From Thiotrichales bacterium 35-46-9 (GTDB lineage: Bacteria; Pseudomonadota; Gammaproteobacteria; Thiomicrospirales; Thiomicrospiraceae), in contig NCFI01000001.1 in NCBI GenBank assembly GCA_002281095.1, positions 1 through 55,304 of the forward strand: a stretch of 55,304 nt of DNA. Reading direction: 5' to 3'. A program made the translations under genes and the position numbers. The first letter of the stretch is position 1; each line of letters opens with the position of its first letter. The notes under the pieces were generated by a model. The model was not told the DNA's origin and made no database searches. It saw nothing but the letters and a program-made list of their open reading frames with translations. Shown piece by piece: positions 51,035 to 55,304 of this stretch.

Positions 51035-51724
51035 ATGAATACACTATTACTGGTTGCGATTGGCTTGGTTGCCGTTGCACTTTACCTGCCACAATGGCAT
51101 ACCAAACGCATTTTGCAGCGCTTTAGTGCGCCTCATCCGACCTTGCCGGGCACAGGTTCTCAGTTTGCTGAACACCTGCTCAAACAGCAAGGGCTGGCAC
51201 ATGTTCGAGTAGAAGAAACCAGTGATGGCGATCATTACGATCCACTCAGCAAAACCGTGCGTCTCTCACCCGACAACTTTCATCGTAATTCGTTAACTGC
51301 CATTGTTACCGCTGCCCATGAAGTAGGTCATGCCATTCAAGATGCACAAGGCTACGAAGCCCTACAAAGACGCACCGAATTAGTGACGCGTGCTCAAACC
51401 TTTGCACGTTTTTCAGGTTGGGCATTGATTGCCTTACCCATTCTACTGGTGGTTATTCACAGCCCTATTTTGGCTGCCTTAGCCTTTGCCATTGGCTTTG
51501 TCTCTCAGTTTGGCGGCGTACTGGTCAATATCAGCACCCTACCGGTTGAGTTAGATGCCAGCTTTAACCGCGCCATGCCATTACTGGCGCAAAGTAATTT
51601 ATTGAGTCCTAAAGAACTGCACTCCGCTAAACGCATTTTACGCGCTTGCGCCATGACCTACGTCGCGGGTTCCTTATCCAGCCTGTTGAATTTGTGGAAG
51701 TGGATGAAGGCGATCCGCCGCTGA
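51035..51724 (+). CDS. Membrane zinc metallopeptidase (Zn_peptidase_2 / YugP-like)
   Basis: 229 aa, with HEVGHAIQ (HExxH) and flanking TM helices. Confidence 0.8.
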   Translation: MNTLLLVAIGLVAVALYLPQWHTKRILQRFSAPHPTLPGTGSQFAEHLLKQQGLAHVRVEETSDGDHYDPLSKTVRLSPDNFHRNSLTAIVTAAHEVGHAIQDAQGYEALQRRTELVTRAQTFARFSGWALIALPILLVVIHSPILAALAFAIGFVSQFGGVLVNISTLPVELDASFNRAMPLLAQSNLLSPKELHSAKRILRACAMTYVAGSLSSLLNLWKWMKAIRR

Positions 51725-52873
51725 TGCGGCTTGCAGTTGGTTACAAAGCAAACGCCGCCCCGCTTCAGGGTTAGACTGAGCCGCGTACAAATCGGACAAA
51801 GCCACTGCTACTTGAGCATTGGGTGCTAACGCTAAGCTACGCAGTAAATCTTGTTCCGCTTGTTGACTCATGCCCTGCTGTTGCGCCAGCAATCCCGACA
51901 ACCACCATAAGGCTGGCTCGTTTGGCGAGTTTTTCAACCACAGTTGCACCTGCTTCAATTCACGATAAGGGTCTTGCCCAATCAAAGCCACCAATAAAGG
52001 CAAGAGCTGGGCATCCCAGCGTTGTTCCAAGGCTTTCACCACCACTTGCCATAAAGTACTAGACACACCCCAGACCAAGGCGCGTTCGACATAGGCTTTA
52101 GCAATCAGCGGATGACGCTGTTGTGAGCGAGACAAGGCTTTCCACTCAGCTTCCAGCAGCTCTCGGTTGTCGGCACGACTGAGGGATTGCGCCAGCAAGC
52201 GGGATTGCAATTCCAGATAACGCGAACGAGATAAGGCATTTTTCGCTTCTGGTAAATAACCTGCTAGGCTTTGCCAGTCCGATAACCGCTCTAATGCCTG
52301 CACACGCATTGCTTTTAAGGTGCGCTGTTTTGGGTAAAGCAATTGCAGAGAGTCAATCAATGCCAAAGCCCGTTCAGGCTGTTCATCCATTAACCAACGA
52401 CTTTGCAATAGCTGAATGGTAAATGCCTGATCGGGTGCTAAGGCAAGTGCTTTCTCAATATAAGCATCACGCTGCACCCATTGATGCTGAGCCTGCGCTA
52501 ACTGCGCTGCCAGACAATAACGTAACCATTGACTGGCATCCTTGCCAGCCACTAGTGCTTGCATCGCCTTGTCGTCTTCTTGCAACGCCAAGGCCTGCAA
52601 CCCTTGAGCGACATGCTTCATCGGTAGCGCAGCACGTTTGCCCTCTCGCCAACGACGCCAGCGCTCCGGCAAACCCCATACCCCCAACACCAAACGCATG
52701 ACACCGTAAACAACGGCTAACGCCAACACCAACAACAACACTAAAAAGCTGACTGAGGTTTCAATCAACCAACCCGACCAATTGACCGCGACATAGCCCT
52801 GTTCACTGACCGCGAACATGGCCAAACCAGCACCCAAGAGTGCCAGCACACCCCAAACGATGAGCCGAATCAT
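51674..52873 (-). CDS. hemY: HemY-like protein (haem biosynthesis-associated TPR membrane protein)
   Basis: Two N-terminal TM helices followed by a TPR-like helical region. Follows hemX in the hemCDXY order. Confidence 0.85.
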   Translation of the reverse strand: MIRLIVWGVLALLGAGLAMFAVSEQGYVAVNWSGWLIETSVSFLVLLLVLALAVVYGVMRLVLGVWGLPERWRRWREGKRAALPMKHVAQGLQALALQEDDKAMQALVAGKDASQWLRYCLAAQLAQAQHQWVQRDAYIEKALALAPDQAFTIQLLQSRWLMDEQPERALALIDSLQLLYPKQRTLKAMRVQALERLSDWQSLAGYLPEAKNALSRSRYLELQSRLLAQSLSRADNRELLEAEWKALSRSQQRHPLIAKAYVERALVWGVSSTLWQVVVKALEQRWDAQLLPLLVALIGQDPYRELKQVQLWLKNSPNEPALWWLSGLLAQQQGMSQQAEQDLLRSLALAPNAQVAVALSDLYAAQSNPEAGRRLLCNQLQAASAADRLHPLPQIQQAG

Positions 52874-53916
52874 GGTTGTGTTGCTGCAGTTGGCTGCGCT
52901 AAATAATCACGCAAATGACGCCATTCTGGCTTGCCCCAACCAGACCAAGTCTGCCAGCCAGTCAGCTGTGCGGACATACTGTCTGGCAAACTCACCGCCA
53001 TCACAGCCAACAACTGCACTAACTGCTGACTTTCTTCTTGCACCAAACGAGGTTGATTCGTTTGTACGCCCCAGCGCAACTGCGCCAGTGCCATACTCGC
53101 TTGTGTTTGCCACAAGCTCGCATCTCTTAACTGCGTTAGCCGACTGGCATCGACTTCTTGTGCAGGAGTAATGCGAATAAATTTGAGCAAACCACTCCAC
53201 CAAGACACTGTTTCGCCCTCATTCACCTCGCTCGTGGGTTTAATCAGTCCGTCGGCAGAAGCAGGCGCATAGTAATCAATCAGTCCTTGCCAAACGCGCC
53301 AGGTTTGCTGATTGACACTGGCAACGCGCTCGTTTGATAAACCAGTCAGGACTTGCGCTTCTTGCGACAAGGCTCGGCGTAACGGATGATTCTCCTCAAC
53401 ACCTTGCTGTGCCAACAAGGTCTGCCAATGGGCTATAAAATCCAGCAACGCTGCTGGTTCAACCGATAACAAGGACAAACCTTCAAGCTGCGCTGTCATC
53501 AGTTTAACGATGTTAGTATCGGTGAATTGCCAAGGTTGTTGCTGTTCACGCGCTTTTAAGCGTGCATCAACTTGCGCCAAGTTATCCGCTAACTCTTGAC
53601 GTAAAACAGCCGCTAAGGCTTGTTGCTGTTCGAGCAAGCTTTGCTGTTGTGTTTGCCACTGGGTTTGTTGCGACTCTACCCACTGCTGGTTATCGCTGAG
53701 CGCCTGCGCTTGCGACGCCTCCAAAGACAACAAACGTTGCCCCAACAGCATCACCACCAACAAAGACAACAGGGCTAAAAAAGCGCCCAGCACGCCTGTC
53801 CAGAGCAACCATTTGGGGGATTTAGCCGGAGGCAAGCCCTCAGTCGCATTGGTTTGATTCAGTTTTGGGGATTCTGTTACCGCTTCCGTTACGGTTGCAT
53901 TGGATGTATTTTCCAT
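52870..53916 (-). CDS. hemX: HemX-like membrane protein
   Basis: One TM helix then a Q-rich coiled-coil region. Position between hemD and hemY. Confidence 0.8.
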   Translation of the reverse strand: MENTSNATVTEAVTESPKLNQTNATEGLPPAKSPKWLLWTGVLGAFLALLSLLVVMLLGQRLLSLEASQAQALSDNQQWVESQQTQWQTQQQSLLEQQQALAAVLRQELADNLAQVDARLKAREQQQPWQFTDTNIVKLMTAQLEGLSLLSVEPAALLDFIAHWQTLLAQQGVEENHPLRRALSQEAQVLTGLSNERVASVNQQTWRVWQGLIDYYAPASADGLIKPTSEVNEGETVSWWSGLLKFIRITPAQEVDASRLTQLRDASLWQTQASMALAQLRWGVQTNQPRLVQEESQQLVQLLAVMAVSLPDSMSAQLTGWQTWSGWGKPEWRHLRDYLAQPTAATQP

Positions 53917-53950
53917 CTTGCTACTCCTTAGCAGGTTGCATCAACCCACA

Positions 53951-54685
53951 TCATTGACAGGCTTTAGCTGCCTCAATTAAGCCCCCAGAGCTGGTCGCTG
54001 CCGCCACCTGAATCTCACCCTGCCAGCCTTTAGCACGGGCAAAATCAGCGATTCGCTGACTCATGACCGCCAGAGGCAACGCCATTAACCGACGACGAAA
54101 ACCAACGGGTGTTGCATTCATGGCACAGGTTAAACTCTCGGCGCTCGCTACACTCACCACCGCTTGATCCTGCTGCAGAAAAGTCGTTAGCATGCCTTGA
54201 TCAACGGACTTACACACGCGGCGATAAAGGGGAATTTCGGTGACCAACGCACCACGCTTGGTGAGTTGCGTCAGCAAGGTGGTACGCCCACCTTCGCCTT
54301 TCAAAATGACTACAGCCCTGCCCTCAGTATGCGCTAATACAGGCTCATTTAACAAGCCCTCGGAATCACTTTGAGTCGGTACGATAGCATCAATGCCTCG
54401 TTGCTGTAAGGCCTTAGCAGTTGCTGCCCCTACCGCAAAATAAGTCGCTTGCGTCGGCAAATCAATGCCCGATTTTTCCAAACTGGTCACGGCGTAGCGG
54501 CTGGTGACGATGATAATCTGCGCTTGCATCAACTGTCGCAAGGCTTCATGAGCGGGAGATTGCCAAAAGATATCCATCACCGGCATCAGCCAAGGCATCA
54601 TGCCCGCTTCACGCACGAGTTTGGCCATCTGCTCACCATCAGGATTCGGACGCGTTACCCACAACTGCTTTACCGGTGAAGTCAT
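53951..54685 (-). CDS. hemD: Uroporphyrinogen-III synthase
   Basis: 244 aa, two-lobed HemD pattern. The start overlaps the hemC stop by 4 nt. Confidence 0.85.
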   Translation of the reverse strand: MTSPVKQLWVTRPNPDGEQMAKLVREAGMMPWLMPVMDIFWQSPAHEALRQLMQAQIIIVTSRYAVTSLEKSGIDLPTQATYFAVGAATAKALQQRGIDAIVPTQSDSEGLLNEPVLAHTEGRAVVILKGEGGRTTLLTQLTKRGALVTEIPLYRRVCKSVDQGMLTTFLQQDQAVVSVASAESLTCAMNATPVGFRRRLMALPLAVMSQRIADFARAKGWQGEIQVAAATSSGGLIEAAKACQ

Positions 54686-55304
54686 GCGCGACCGTAAACG
54701 ACATCTAAAATCGACTTGGCGCCATTCGCTAACAACTCTTGCGCCAAATCTTCACCCATCGCTTGGGCATCCGCCGCAGAACCCTTGCGTTCACCCCGAA
54801 TAATGGTTTTGCCATCCAAGCTGGCCACCAAACCGCGTAACCAAACCTGCTCGCCTTGCCAAATAGCGTAAGAGCCAATCGGCACCTGACACCCGCCTTC
54901 TAAGGCGGCATTCATAGCACGTTCGGCACGCACACAAGCCAAAGTTGACTCATCATTCAAGCAATCGACAAAACCCTGTGTACTAGAATCGTTTGCCAGC
55001 ACTTCAATCGCCAAGGCGCCTTGCGCCACAGCAGGTAGGCAAACTTCCGCAGCAATAATGCTACGGATACGCTCCGGCAAACCCATACGCTCTAGCCCGG
55101 CTGCCGCCAAAATAATGGCATCATACTGACCTTCATCTAATTTACGCATACGCGTATGAATATTCCCGCGTAAATCATGCAACTGTAAGTCGGGGCGCAC
55201 CGCCAACAGCTGACTTTTACGACGCAAGCTCGAGGTCCCGACAATCGCTCCTTGTGGTAATTCATCTAAACTGGCATAAGTGTTAGAAACAAAGGCGTCC
55301 AAGG
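54682..55304 (-). CDS. hemC: Hydroxymethylbilane synthase (porphobilinogen deaminase), 5-prime truncated by the window end
   Basis: [18 protein letters not shown]...[31 protein letters not shown]...CQVPIG matches HemC. The N-terminus lies beyond position 55304. Confidence 0.93.
   Translation of the reverse strand, partial: LDAFVSNTYASLDELPQGAIVGTSSLRRKSQLLAVRPDLQLHDLRGNIHTRMRKLDEGQYDAIILAAAGLERMGLPERIRSIIAAEVCLPAVAQGALAIEVLANDSSTQGFVDCLNDESTLACVRAERAMNAALEGGCQVPIGSYAIWQGEQVWLRGLVASLDGKTIIRGERKGSAADAQAMGEDLAQELLANGAKSILDVVYGRA

Overview
This 55.3-kb window is from a gammaproteobacterial-type chromosome and is almost entirely core housekeeping, densely packed with about 60 genes. I saw no tRNA or rRNA genes, CRISPR arrays, transposases, integrases or phage genes.

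Gene order, left to right:
- a split YeeE/YedE sulfur-transporter pair, then typA
- a sensor-less GSDEF-EAL c-di-GMP protein followed by two unknown membrane proteins
- metK-metF, then rsmE
- a CarH/LitR-type B12 photoreceptor regulator and ovoA (ovothiol synthase) on the minus strand, with a divergent SAM methyltransferase
- hisI-hisE, a HIT protein, tatABC, rpoH
- bioBFHC (minus strand), a comF-family gene, ppnP
- the minus-strand string atpZ-like/atpIBEFHAGDC-glmU-glmS-ubiA-lipoprotein-esterase
- the classic mnmG-rsmG-parA-parB block
- a NosP-like FIST protein, a hybrid histidine kinase and an unknown 163-aa protein
- ygiQ, a secreted DsrE-like protein, a DUF2892 membrane protein
- a PhnA-like / 70-aa / DUF882(MepK-like) trio, then greB
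- a SCO-like protein translationally coupled to a polytopic PAS chemoreceptor
- a Zn peptidase, then hemYXDC (hemC runs off the window end)

I found no clear stand-alone novel system such as a defence island. The leads most worth follow-up:
1. The B12 photoreceptor regulator wired next to ovothiol biosynthesis, with 11-bp-phased repeats in the divergent promoter and an orphan methyltransferase.
2. The SCO-chemoreceptor pair, whose sensor is a His-rich six-helix membrane module.
3. The NosP-like/hybrid-kinase operon carrying an unknown third gene.
4. An A8 tract that separates a well-placed SD+ATG from the DsrE-like reading frame.
5. A fourfold tandem TTAACTTT-type element in front of atpE.

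All functional calls come from reading the translated ORFs against families and motifs I recognise. No database search was run.
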